A stretch of 55,783 bases of DNA from a virus. Lineage: Duplodnaviria; Caudoviricetes. Below are positions 11,101 to 20,900 of the stretch, piece by piece. Where the stretch lies: positions 1-55,783 of IMG/VR virus record IMGVR_UViG_3300047564_005880, one strand, 5' to 3'. The notes under the pieces were generated by a model. The model worked only from the letters and a program-made list of their open reading frames with translations. It had not been told where the DNA came from and made no database searches. The number at the start of each line of letters is the position of its first letter. The stretch's first letter is position 1. Both the position numbers and the translations under genes were made by a program.

Positions 11101-14100
11101 GCTAGACAGAGTTATGTTCGGAGTCTCTTGACCATTAATTGAATAAACATTAACAGAATCGGAATATGTAAAAATTGTAGCGGTTACTGATCCACTAGTT
11201 ATCGTTTCCCCAGAAGTAAATGGTCCGTTTGTAATTGAGCTAAATCTAATTACTGTATCTCCACTTGCGTTAGTTCCTACATAAGTAGCTACTCCACTTG
11301 CACCGCTAGTTTGTCCAGTTATAGTATTACCAGCAGAAAAACTACCACCAGATAAGTTAGTATATACAATTTGCTTTCTATTTACAGTTGTTACTGTATA
11401 AATTGTTGTTGGAGTATTTCTTATAGTTACATTTGGATGTGATCCTGGAGTATATCCAGATCCAGAATTTGATATGATTCCACCAATTCCAGGTACTGTT
11501 ATTGTAGCTGTGGCATTAGAAGTTGGACTTCCTCCTAAAAGAGGAACATTATTATAGATACCTGGTTTATATCCACTGCCAGAATTAGATATAGTTCCTT
11601 CAAATGGTAGGATTGTGACACTTAATTGTGCTCCAGAACCAGATCCTCCAACAACAGTTAATGTGGGAGCCGAAGTATATAACACTCCAGGATCAATAAT
11701 TGTAACATTATCAATTTCTCCAGATTTTTTATCAAAAGAGCAAGAGAATTGAGCTGGAGAATTTGGATTTCCTCCAGAAACTAAAATAGATGGAGTGAAT
11801 GAATATCCTTCTCCAGGATTGTTAATCGTTACTGAGCCAACTTCGTATCCAATCGTTGATGATGCAGAACCTCCTACTCCATCACCAGTAATACTTATGG
11901 ATGGAGCTGAAGTGTATCCTGATCCTGGATCACTTATAAGAATAGAGTCAATTTTTCTGCCTATTAGTACAGTTAATGATACCCCATTTCCAGAGGGGTC
12001 ATTAATAGTAGCGCCTGCAGTGACCGAATATTTTACCCCAGGATTGGTAATAGTAACGCCTGTAATTGTTCCTCCTGATTGTTGAACAGTTCCAGTTGCT
12101 GCAGTTCCTCTGAGGCTATGACTTTCCGATTGAGAAGCGGTGGTCAAAGGAATTGCTGTTCCTCCCTGAGATGCTGCAAGTTGTAAAGTAGTAGAAGTTG
12201 CATTTATTACATAATATGTTGCACCATCAGTTAGTCCAATATTTTGTGTTCCTCCACCGTTTGAATAAACGACAGTATCATCATTTTCAAAAACCACTCC
12301 ATTTTGATAGCTGATAGTATCATTTGCTGTGGATACATTAGATGCGGCATTAAAAGATTGTAATGGCGGATTATCAAATACTATTGTTGGAGAAACATAG
12401 TTAGATCCACCAACAGATATAGATACAGATTTTACAGACCCATATCCCTTTAAGGAAGCTGTAAAAGCTGCTGGTGCTGTAGGAGATCCACTAGTAGTGG
12501 AGACTACTGGAATCGTAGTATATCCAGATCCAGGATTTGTTAAAGTTACAGTTTTTACTCCTCCCGTGGATTCTAGGTTTGCAGTTAAAGTACAAACAAC
12601 CGTTGGATCACTTACTGCCGAGAGGGCATATGTATTCGCTACATATGAACTTCCTTCTTGATCTATATTTACTGAATCAACGCCAACTGCAAATACAGAT
12701 ATGTTTTTATTTGTATAGAGACCATAGCTTGACCAACCAGCTTGCTCCTTAGTAGAAATATTAAAAGATCCGCTTCCAGAATTATTGGAATCTATGCCAA
12801 CCTTTTTATCGTTTCTGAGATAAATTTCTTCTGGTGCAATAATTTCGGCATTAAGAATAATGTCTTCATCAGAGGATGGATCGAGAATTATATTGCCAGA
12901 AGTTGAACTTAAAGTATTCCCAGAAAGTCTAAGATTGCCAGTTTCGATGTAAGCTGGATAGAGATTCGTTGTTCCAGTTCCATCAGAGAGAGTAATGCTT
13001 GCTGCACTCTGGGCATTTTGAGTTGTCGCAGAGAAAGTAACGTTTCCAAGCTCTTGGTCAACAACAAACAGATCGCCAACTCTAAAGTTTCCAGATTGAT
13101 CTTGGGAGGTGTAATATACTCTACCACCATTCAGTTCGGTGATTTCATTTGCTTGAATAGTATTTGCAGCATTATTTGTAATGTCTGCACCAGTTCCAAT
13201 ATATTCGAAGTTTGCTGCAGTGAGGCGAAGGACAACACCAAGACCATCAGCAACTACAGCTTTAGTTCCATAGACAGCAGCGCATCCGATAGAACGCAGT
13301 TCTGCACCAAAGTCTGTATAGTCAACAAGGTTAATTGTTGTAGCAGAATCTCCACCACTGGAGCGAATATCCTTAGTTGATCCAGAAGAATCTAAAATTG
13401 TAGTAGATGCATTAGCACCATCCAAGTGAAGAAGAAGAACTGTGTAGATATCTTCAGCAAATGCTGCAGCAGGCGCAGTAAAGTTGGAAGTATATCTAGC
13501 AATACCTTTTGAAATTCTTACTTCATCGATATAACCATCAAACTCATAGTTTGCATTTCTAATGCTACCAATTTGTAACTGCTTTGTGCTTCCATAATCA
13601 TTAGTGTCAGTATATGTTGATCCTTCCTGAACACCATTTACAAACAACTTAGTTTGGTCGCCAATTCTAGAAACAGCGATGTGATACCAAGTATCTACGG
13701 ATAAAGTATTTCCACCAGTAATTCTTGCAGTAGCACCTACCTGATATACGAGTCTTCCAGACGCATTCAGATACAGGAGAGGAGCGACCTCCGACCCAGC
13801 AGCAGCTCTAAAATCGAAAATACCAAGATTATCATTTACTACATCAAATCTAGCAAAACATTCAATCGTAAAATCACCTAAACCAAATCCAAAATTAACA
13901 TTAGTTGGATAAGAAATATAGTCTCCAGTTCCATCTAATAATAAGGATGCAGTACCGAACTTAAATTGTGCAGTTGAAAGTTTTGCGTCACCTGTTGTAA
14001 CTGCGGTCTTTGCAGTACTAGCAGTTGATGAGAACTCTCCATTACCCTTACCATCAAGGTAGAGATAGGTTCCATCATTCTCATCGATGAGACCATAAGC

Positions 14101-15288
14101 TAGAACTTCTTTATATTGAACGTTGCCAGAAGTTGTAGCAGATGCTGCAGCAGTCAGTACAAAAGTATTAGTTGCAGCACTTGAAACTGTGAGGAATCCA
14201 TCTACTGCAGTTCCAGAAGTGAAATCTGCGTAAACATGGTCACCGTTTGAAAGACCATGTGCATTACTCGTAACAGTAATGGTTGTCCCTGACTGTGTAT
14301 ATGAACCAGTTACGAAATTATTACTGAGCTCGTAAATAGTTTCTCCAGCACTAAACGTACCAGAAACCCCACCAATCTTTAAGCGAGTTCTACCATTTCC
14401 AGCAACACCTGTTGCACCAGCGGCACCTTTAATTGCCTCCGAAGCAAAATAGAAGAAACTATTTAAGAGTTCTACTCGAATACCGTTGGTCATATAAAGA
14501 CCAATCTGGTTTGGAGTGAAGAACGTACATTCGTTGAATAATACTGCTGCCTCATAAGAAGAAGCAGAAGATATAGATCCGTCGAGCTTTGCACCTCTAC
14601 CTGCATCTCCTTGTGCAAATCCATACGGATCGCTTAGAGAAGTTACACTGCCCCTATTGAGGACAGTAACTCTTTCTACATATGAACTACGAGTGGCATT
14701 CCAATTGGATGCACAGACAATTGCATATCCTCTATCTAATCCAGCATTATAGAGAATACCACCAATTGTCAAATCGGAAACATGAGTATCTCCGTTTAAT
14801 ACGAAACCATTTTGGGTATTAGTTGCTGGAGAGGGTTGAATCAGAACCGATCTAATACCAGCACCCCTAACAGTTACTCCATCTGGAATAGTCAGGGGGA
14901 AAGTTTCCGTATATGTTCCAGGTGAAATATAAATTATATCTCCAGATGTTGCCGTACTGAGAGCTTTAGCAACAGTTAAAAATGGAGTATCTTGATGCTT
15001 ACCATTTACCCCACCACTAGCTAAAGTGGTAGAATCTGAACCTGTTTTAGCAACATAATAAGTTTGTCCAGGACCATTTGTAATATCGGTCGCAAGCATA
15101 GCAGTTGTAACCTCACCCGTGTTGGGTTTTTGGTTAGCAACTTCTACAATATTACTTCCATTTCTAACGTAGATCTTACGATCAGCAATATTAACGGCTA
15201 CTTCTCCATCAAGAAGATTAGAAGTCGTCGGTACTACTGTCGCCGTCGTCGATCTTTTGAGTTTGATTCTCGTAGGTTCCGCTGCCAT
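8125..15288 (-). CDS. Large tail fibre/virion protein (2387 aa) with Mtd-N-like start, beta-helix, LamG/ConA-like domain, GSGY beta repeats and a cupredoxin-like insert
   Basis: IKLKRS..DGEVAVNIADRKIY N-terminus; PFLTVAKA..PGTYTE beta-helix cap; DFTIECF..WYHIAVSR..GYIDEVRISKGIARY LamG; many GSGYTSAP repeats. Confidence 0.85.
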   Translation of the reverse strand: MAAEPTRIKLKRSTTATVVPTTSNLLDGEVAVNIADRKIYVRNGSNIVEVANQKPNTGEVTTAMLATDITNGPGQTYYVAKTGSDSTTLASGGVNGKHQDTPFLTVAKALSTATSGDIIYISPGTYTETFPLTIPDGVTVRGAGIRSVLIQPSPATNTQNGFVLNGDTHVSDLTIGGILYNAGLDRGYAIVCASNWNATRSSYVERVTVLNRGSVTSLSDPYGFAQGDAGRGAKLDGSISSASSYEAAVLFNECTFFTPNQIGLYMTNGIRVELLNSFFYFASEAIKGAAGATGVAGNGRTRLKIGGVSGTFSAGETIYELSNNFVTGSYTQSGTTITVTSNAHGLSNGDHVYADFTSGTAVDGFLTVSSAATNTFVLTAAASATTSGNVQYKEVLAYGLIDENDGTYLYLDGKGNGEFSSTASTAKTAVTTGDAKLSTAQFKFGTASLLLDGTGDYISYPTNVNFGFGLGDFTIECFARFDVVNDNLGIFDFRAAAGSEVAPLLYLNASGRLVYQVGATARITGGNTLSVDTWYHIAVSRIGDQTKLFVNGVQEGSTYTDTNDYGSTKQLQIGSIRNANYEFDGYIDEVRISKGIARYTSNFTAPAAAFAEDIYTVLLLHLDGANASTTILDSSGSTKDIRSSGGDSATTINLVDYTDFGAELRSIGCAAVYGTKAVVADGLGVVLRLTAANFEYIGTGADITNNAANTIQANEITELNGGRVYYTSQDQSGNFRVGDLFVVDQELGNVTFSATTQNAQSAASITLSDGTGTTNLYPAYIETGNLRLSGNTLSSTSGNIILDPSSDEDIILNAEIIAPEEIYLRNDKKVGIDSNNSGSGSFNISTKEQAGWSSYGLYTNKNISVFAVGVDSVNIDQEGSSYVANTYALSAVSDPTVVCTLTANLESTGGVKTVTLTNPGSGYTTIPVVSTTSGSPTAPAAFTASLKGYGSVKSVSISVGGSNYVSPTIVFDNPPLQSFNAASNVSTANDTISYQNGVVFENDDTVVYSNGGGTQNIGLTDGATYYVINATSTTLQLAASQGGTAIPLTTASQSESHSLRGTAATGTVQQSGGTITGVTITNPGVKYSVTAGATINDPSGNGVSLTVLIGRKIDSILISDPGSGYTSAPSISITGDGVGGSASSTIGYEVGSVTINNPGEGYSFTPSILVSGGNPNSPAQFSCSFDKKSGEIDNVTIIDPGVLYTSAPTLTVVGGSGSGAQLSVTILPFEGTISNSGSGYKPGIYNNVPLLGGSPTSNATATITVPGIGGIISNSGSGYTPGSHPNVTIRNTPTTIYTVTTVNRKQIVYTNLSGGSFSAGNTITGQTSGASGVATYVGTNASGDTVIRFSSITNGPFTSGETITSGSVTATIFTYSDSVNVYSINGQETPNITLSSYNTYVFNMSDPSNVGHPLEISGYGSGQVVWSENGAPGTTNAEVVAVFTNTAVPSSATVKYQCITHGGTMGNYINVTDGSGSPGVYGSGASLSLIVAQNGTISSVSFANQGTGYKVSDTFGIPSNTSAGSGSSFQYTINSYSTSISSVTNISPTGGPYLISDILSVDPNFDGEGVGGGFSYTLSKVGFVDSVSITSPGYGFTSGETLKFTNAPQTSGTPFSLSVDTTIDDTPIEINYDGSIVSNNWYLNEDGSGEIGTTGTSLTLHSVSSDDINVLGGILTSTLQVGSSASILNLTANGTTTLKSADIELQNGSAAAPSLQFTNSTSTGLYRDAADVLGITAGGTARVKISTSDIQTTNNIKVDSAFGATTPFFFVNSIGESVDIGAPETGLRINNDASIEAIGSDLDVDITFIPKGEGNLVLTGGTNKDFSITDGSTETFRVDTESGNTTIKGRLDINSNLRIDDNIISNNGLIATTSFGQIITVSATGTGTGFTDGTYVAVTSTTSGSGSGATFNVIVTGGNITAVAVNAGGAGYAEGDTITLNPATIGAGTGKTITVTDIEGAGIVIKPQNGKNVKVESTAMFVVPTGTTNQRPPSGDRQVGGIRFNSEQQQFEGYNGSDFVSLGGVRDVNQDTYILTELSPGSNEDTFFFYNQGINSLDIVQNKFKLYTAKTFDTYGTLTLNGVTFGSNPLDVQTLGSSVLRVRSQKDVEVTGGLRFKSVPVLGEIATIGTVTSGVGVYTASQTFTAVASTSQFEGSGATFTVVIDGAGSVQSVTLVASGSDYEVGEIVTIAGNLLGGTTPANNVTFPVSTIANTSAAFARLDILQQDYVTQLDNKPFLTLDANGAEAAWKINRGWNSGTESYLTVFNSTATFMELNDCRVEGGQLSSFASNSTIVQFNKTTFKGAKTLVTIESNDGKVHMLEVTTVCATAGTTAYATVTNSVTSNNDLVDATVTVVGNNVNISLNKSSAATSSSSFTGRYTTTKVKV

Positions 15289-15433
15289 TTATAGCATTCT
15301 CAGTAGATTGTTGTTCTTTGATACTATTTAACTGACTTTGCAAATCGGAAATTTGCGCTTCCAGCATTACATTTGTCAGTGTCAAGTCAGAAATTTTTCT
15401 TTGTAATGTTGCAATAACAATTTGTACGTTCAT
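15218..15433 (-). CDS. Small coiled-coil protein (71 aa), possible fibre assembly factor
   Basis: Heptad pattern (LQRKISDL..LEAQISDLQSQL); overlaps start of 2387-aa gene. Confidence 0.6.
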   Translation of the reverse strand: MNVQIVIATLQRKISDLTLTNVMLEAQISDLQSQLNSIKEQQSTENAINGSGTYENQTQKIDDGDSSTDDF

Positions 15434-15443
15434 GGGTTTAATT

Positions 15444-17117
15444 TCAGAATGTTCCGCCGTCGATAGTTGAAGTCCAAACAGGAACTCCAGATGAAGTGAC
15501 AGTGAGGATTTGATATGAAGTTGTTACATCATTACCAGATCCAGGACTTGCCATATTTGCTGCAGCAGTTACAAGCAAACCATTTGCACTGTTTCCATAG
15601 ATAATACCATTTGTTGTAAAGGTGCTTTGACCAGTTCCACCATACTGAACCTGAAGATCATTATCAAGTTCGAGGTCACCAAGTACAACAGTACCACGAC
15701 TTCCAACTACGCCAAATACACCGTTTGTATCACTTGCATCTTCGATGAAAGTCCAAGCTCCAAGACCATCGGCGCCTCCAGTACGATCATAACCAAAGAA
15801 ACCAAACTTGGATGCAGATCCAGTGTAATAGTGAACCTTTACACCACGATCAAGAGCATCGTTTGCTTCTCTGGTTACTGTAATGCTATCACCAGAATCA
15901 ATATCTGCAGTGATTGCAAGATCAAGAGTTAATGTCTTTGTACCAGCATTAACATTAGTGATGTTTGTGCCAGCAGCGATACCAGTTCCAGAAACTACAT
16001 CTCCAGCTGCAAGACCATCAACTTTGTCTACAACTAAAGTTGTTGCTCCAGATGTAGCATTTGCAGATACTGTAAGGACAGTAGTTGGATCAGCAAGTTC
16101 GATGGTTGGATCGTTAACTGACATATTTGCCGAGTTAACAGTAGTGGTTGTTCCATCAATTTGCAGATCACCCTTGATGATAACAAGACCAGCAGCGTCT
16201 CCACCAGCAGGGAATGGGTCAATAATCAGTTCTGTCCCAGAAGTTGTGGAAAGAACATTACCATCCATTCTCAGTTGGTCAATATTAAACTGACCTGTCT
16301 GATTGATAGTTGCATTAAGAGTCTGAGTACCATTAAAGGTAACTGGACCGTTAAAAGTTGTAGTTGAATCTACTGTTAAGGTATCTCCAGCAGAATCACC
16401 AATTTCAGCATTACCTTCTACAAGTAAAGTTCCAAAAGAACCTTGACCAGCAACGCCAATACCACCAGAAACTACGAAAGCACCACTTGTTGAGTTGGTT
16501 GATGCAGTCGTATCTGCAAGCTTAACAGCAACACCACTATCAAATTCCCAATCAGCACCATCGATTCTTACTTTATCGAGGGTTGTTTCGTCATAACGAA
16601 TACCACCATCTTTGTTGCTACCGAAGTAGATACGCATATCATCAGCGATACGCAGGTTGGGGGTTCCTGTTACTCGCTTGATATCGAGAGTACCGTCTGC
16701 ATCGGTATAAACAAATTCTACATCTCCAGATGTACCAAACTCAAGTTCTTGACCATCTTCGATGACAAGTTTACCAGTTCCGTTGGCACGAAGGACAAGA
16801 TCTGCATCTGTGGTTCCAGTGGTGATGACATTTGCATCAAGAACAATATCATCAACTTTCCACTGATCGATCTTTGAGTTGCTATCTACAATAGCAACTG
16901 AACTAGCAGTAAGGACACCGTGGACATGATCAAGCATGTCGGTGAAGTATCTACCACCTACTACCTGGGCAGCACCGTTATTGTCACCAATAAACAGACG
17001 GTCTCCTTGGTTTGCCTGACTACCAGTACCGCTTTGTGTTACTGCAAGTTCACCGTATAAAATAGTTCCTGGAGCTGTCGTCCCAGTACTTCTTTTAATA
17101 AGGATGGATGACGCCAT
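15444..17117 (-). CDS. Tail fibre protein (557 aa)
   Basis: ILIKRSTG..GELAV N-terminus, STTSG/GDLQIDGTTTTVNS fibre repeats, C-terminal IDGGTF. Confidence 0.8.
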   Translation of the reverse strand: MASSILIKRSTGTTAPGTILYGELAVTQSGTGSQANQGDRLFIGDNNGAAQVVGGRYFTDMLDHVHGVLTASSVAIVDSNSKIDQWKVDDIVLDANVITTGTTDADLVLRANGTGKLVIEDGQELEFGTSGDVEFVYTDADGTLDIKRVTGTPNLRIADDMRIYFGSNKDGGIRYDETTLDKVRIDGADWEFDSGVAVKLADTTASTNSTSGAFVVSGGIGVAGQGSFGTLLVEGNAEIGDSAGDTLTVDSTTTFNGPVTFNGTQTLNATINQTGQFNIDQLRMDGNVLSTTSGTELIIDPFPAGGDAAGLVIIKGDLQIDGTTTTVNSANMSVNDPTIELADPTTVLTVSANATSGATTLVVDKVDGLAAGDVVSGTGIAAGTNITNVNAGTKTLTLDLAITADIDSGDSITVTREANDALDRGVKVHYYTGSASKFGFFGYDRTGGADGLGAWTFIEDASDTNGVFGVVGSRGTVVLGDLELDNDLQVQYGGTGQSTFTTNGIIYGNSANGLLVTAAANMASPGSGNDVTTSYQILTVTSSGVPVWTSTIDGGTF

Positions 17118-17338
17118 CAGAAGCTACCCCCGTTGATAGTGATGTGATTTAAAACGTTTGTTGCAACAAATTTGCTGTTTGCTTGATCATATACAAGAAC
17201 CGCTCCCTCATTCAATCCACCTTGAGAAGTATCTGTGAGGTCAACGTCAGATAATCCACCTACGCTTCCACCTCCGCCGCCAGCAGCAACTCTAGTAACT
17301 CTTGGGACCGATTGATCACCAAATCTAAGTCTTGCCAT
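17117..17338 (-). CDS. Small fibre adaptor-like protein (73 aa)
   Basis: LSDVD..GAVLVYD..KF motif and C-terminal INGGSF; coupled to neighbours by 1-nt overlaps. Confidence 0.65.
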   Translation of the reverse strand: MARLRFGDQSVPRVTRVAAGGGGGSVGGLSDVDLTDTSQGGLNEGAVLVYDQANSKFVATNVLNHITINGGSF

Positions 17339-17676
17339 TAGAGTGTTACTCCTTCTAGAACGCTTACCGTGCCTTCCAGGACTCTAGTTTTTTGACCAGT
17401 GATGGAAGTAATTACAACATCATAAACATATCTACCTGGCTTCATAGCGGTAGTAGTTGCGTGTCCAAGAGAAAGTTGGATTTGACCAGCAGTTGTTGGA
17501 TTTAAAATCTGAACACTAACAGTAGTTGAAGTACTGCTTGTATAATTTTTCTTGATTTTGCACGCAGCAGTATAACCAGTCAGGTCAAAAAATGTACCAT
17601 TATCATTTTCGATTGTAAAATCGGTAATGAAGTCGGCACCTTGATAGATCAAAAGATTGGATACTGCAGAAGCCAT
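17338..17676 (-). CDS. Virion structural protein, BppU-N-like Ig fold (112 aa)
   Basis: IYQGADF..FDLTGY..GRYVYDV..RVLEG pattern typical of this myophage family. Confidence 0.7.
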   Translation of the reverse strand: MASAVSNLLIYQGADFITDFTIENDNGTFFDLTGYTAACKIKKNYTSSTSTTVSVQILNPTTAGQIQLSLGHATTTAMKPGRYVYDVVITSITGQKTRVLEGTVSVLEGVTL

Positions 17677-17697
17677 TCTCTAAAGAATTCCTTATAG

Positions 17698-17719
17698 TAT
17701 TTAGCTCAATCCTATTTAT
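17698..17719 (-). promoter_or_regulatory. Late promoter candidates (CTAAATA 17698-17704; ATAAATA 17713-17719)
   Basis: TAAATA cores upstream of ATG 17676. Confidence 0.55.
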
Positions 17720-17939
17720 GGAGTTCCGAGACGATCATTTTCATCATCTCTTTTAACTCTGCAATATCTTCTTTGAGGGAATTTATTTCCTCATCTTTTT
17801 TCTTATTTGCTTCTCTCGCTCGGATATAAGCATCATATCCACTATTATCCGTGTTCAAGATAGCATTAGAATCAGGATCCCTGCCGAAGTTTGCATGTCC
17901 TTCTACAGGGATCAAATCAATTATTTTATCGTCCATCAC
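17712..17939 (-). CDS. Conserved cyanomyophage small protein following VrlC-like gene (75 aa)
   Basis: PVEGH..RDPDSNAILN plus C-terminal coiled coil. Confidence 0.7.
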   Translation of the reverse strand: MMDDKIIDLIPVEGHANFGRDPDSNAILNTDNSGYDAYIRAREANKKKDEEINSLKEDIAELKEMMKMIVSELHK

Positions 17940-20900
17940 GCCAGGGCAATTATTCTCAGATCTTTTACTCTAGGTATATATGGTTGATAGTAACCAGTGA
18001 GTGAAATCTTAATCTGGAATGCATCGAAGCTGCTTACGTCTTCTAATGTATATTCGAAGTCGGTAAAGATGTCTGGATTGTTCTGAGGAATCATCAATCC
18101 GCTATCTGGTCTACCGTCTCCATTAAAGAACTCGAAATCGAGATCATCGAGGTTGCCACCGTAACCAACTGGAACCAACTTGTACATCACCACTACATTA
18201 GAAGGAGTGAAAGTATTTGCTGCGAGCATGACTCTTAGACCAGTTGAGCTCTTAGCAAGTCTTGCAATTCTAGTAATGTAGTTTGCTACACACTCTCCAC
18301 CAATTTGCTTAGATGGAGTTGCATTATTAATAACGTTTGCTGTGGTGATTATCGAGCACTTCTCAAGGTCAATTACTGGAGACAGGTTATCTACCTCAGT
18401 ATTCATGTCAATTTCCATAGTAAATGACTTCTGACTGTTCATGTTATTGATTTCATTAATCTCAGAAGCAATAATCTTGGTTCCAAGGAAATAGTTAATT
18501 TCTCCAAGAGTTACATCCGCATAGGTAGTATCCTTAACAAAAGATACTTCTGCTGAAGAACCAGATGGGAAAGGTCCAGAAGAAGTTCCACTTGTACCAA
18601 GAACTCTCGTAACAATAGAAGTTTGTGGTTGAACTTGTGATTGAATTTGAGGAGTGAGAACATCCCATGGAATGTTTTGGGATACTCTGATGTTTGGTCC
18701 ACCAGAACTAATTGTCTTGCCAGCGGTTTTACCACTGATCTTTAACTTGTAGGAATGTGGACTATTTGCAGTCAACAAACCACCTGTTGCTGGACTATGG
18801 ACAGTGTTGATGAGTGTCAGTGGGATACCTGCCAAGTTGTAGCACTGAACAACTGCATCATTCGAGTGAGCTAATCCGATAGATGAACCAGATCCACCAG
18901 TTGCACTCCAGTTTCTTCCAGTTACGGTTCCGACTGAGTGACCAACGATGTTAACAACATTACCAGCGATTGATTCGTATGCAACAATTTCATCACCACT
19001 ACCATCTTCAGCAGTACCAAGAATTCTCAAGAATCCAGGGTTTGCAGAACTGACTGCAGATCCACCAATAGTAGTATGCAAATCAGCTGCATTATCAACT
19101 GTAAGTTGAGATGCGGTTGTTCCAAATCCACCAGCCATATTGATCTGTGTATCTGCAACTTCAGAAATTACTCCGCTAACCGAAACATAGTTGAGGTTCG
19201 ATTGCATACCATGGTTCGAATGGAATACTCTGATCTCATCACTACCAGAAGTCAAGCTAAAGGTATTTGGAAGTAGTCTCAGGAATCCACCATTTGACTC
19301 ACCAAGTTGAGCGTTGTTTAGGACCAGTCTTGATGGGGATGCAGTATCTGGTAAAGTAAACTGTGCTCTATAAATCTTGAACATCAGATCCTGATATTGA
19401 TCAGGAGTCCAAGTAGATGCGTTTTGTGACTTGAACAGAACACCGATGTATGGTTGCTCAGAGATCTTTTCTCCAGCATGTGCAGCATCAATTGCATCCT
19501 GACCAAGAACAGAGATGAATACCTTATATTGGTTAGAGTCCGATGTCAGGACCAAGGCATGTTCAGATCTGTATGGAATATAAACTGGGGATTCAAATAC
19601 AAAGGTTGTTGGAGTTGCAGCATCATCTGAAGTAAATACTTCGTTTGGTTGCTTTACCACCTTCGAGAAAGGAAGAATGATCTGGGTTGGTGTACCATTT
19701 ACAACAGTTCTGATATCCAGAGATACTGGAATTTCAGAATCCTTTGTGAAGAAGAAGATATCAACCTTGGAAAGGAATACTCCTCCTTCAAGACCAGCAG
19801 TATCGACAAGGAATGTTTGTGCCAGAGGGTCAATATATCTGGTGCTAGTGCTTGTACTTACGAGAGTTCTTTCTTCTCTAAGATCTTCTGAAGTTACCTG
19901 TGCATTTCTAACAGAAATAATGGTTTCTTGCTGAGTCTGCAAAAGACCAGATGATACAAATTCAGCTTCAGCAGATGAATCTGATACGCCTTGTACACGA
20001 GTATCATCCGACTGGTCTGAGAGTCTAAACAATCTTGTACCAGTCTTAAATTTCAAATTACCGTCAATATTAGGATCATCTAAGAAGAATGCTCCTCTCA
20101 AGTTACCAGATCCATCAGAAATGAGCGATTTGTCTGATACTTTTGCGATTGCTCCAGAAGTTTCACCGATTAAGTAATCGTTCAGTTTTGGAGAACCAAA
20201 AAACGCACCCTTTGCTTGATCTGAAAGTGCCTTTGTATCAATATTAATGAAATTCAAGTTAGAGTTGTAGTCACTGATTGAGGAAATACTATTTCCATCT
20301 AAAGGATTGATATTATATCCTTCATTTGGACTTACCGCTCTAGCCTTAAATCTTGGTTGACCATTAGCATCATTTACATAAACAGTTTCGCCAATCTGGA
20401 AAGGAATACTGTTTGTCTTAGAGTCAACTCCTGGATCTTTGATCAGTCCGATGATTTTTGGAGTTACGTTTGCAGTTGGAAGAGCAATACCATCGAAGAA
20501 AGCATAGAACTTGGTTCTTGGCTTTACTTTCTTGACAGTAAACTCAATATTTCTAGAGCGCATATAATTGATGTGCTCAACAGAAACAATTCTGCTTCCA
20601 AGAGATTGCTCCTCAACAATAGGAAGAACTCTATAGCGAATACCAGTTCTAGCTTGCTTTGTTGTTGTAGTAGTTGTCGTGGTTTCCCTAATTCTGCTAC
20701 TCTTCTTACCCGTGCTTTCTCTAGCTTGAGAAACACTTACGGATGTTCCAGTCCAAGTTGTTTGCCAAGCATTCCAGTGAATTGGTGAAAATCCATTCTG
20801 GTCTGCATTATATTCACGGACTGTTGTAAGGAAGTTTCCTTCTACTGTTGGTCCCTTAAGTGGTGAAAGTGTCTTTGTATCTACCCAGTTATCCGACTCT

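Noticed and set aside
8125-17117. Diversity-generating retroelement suggested by Mtd-N-like fibre starts
   Set aside because: No reverse transcriptase and no template/variable repeat pair is visible.
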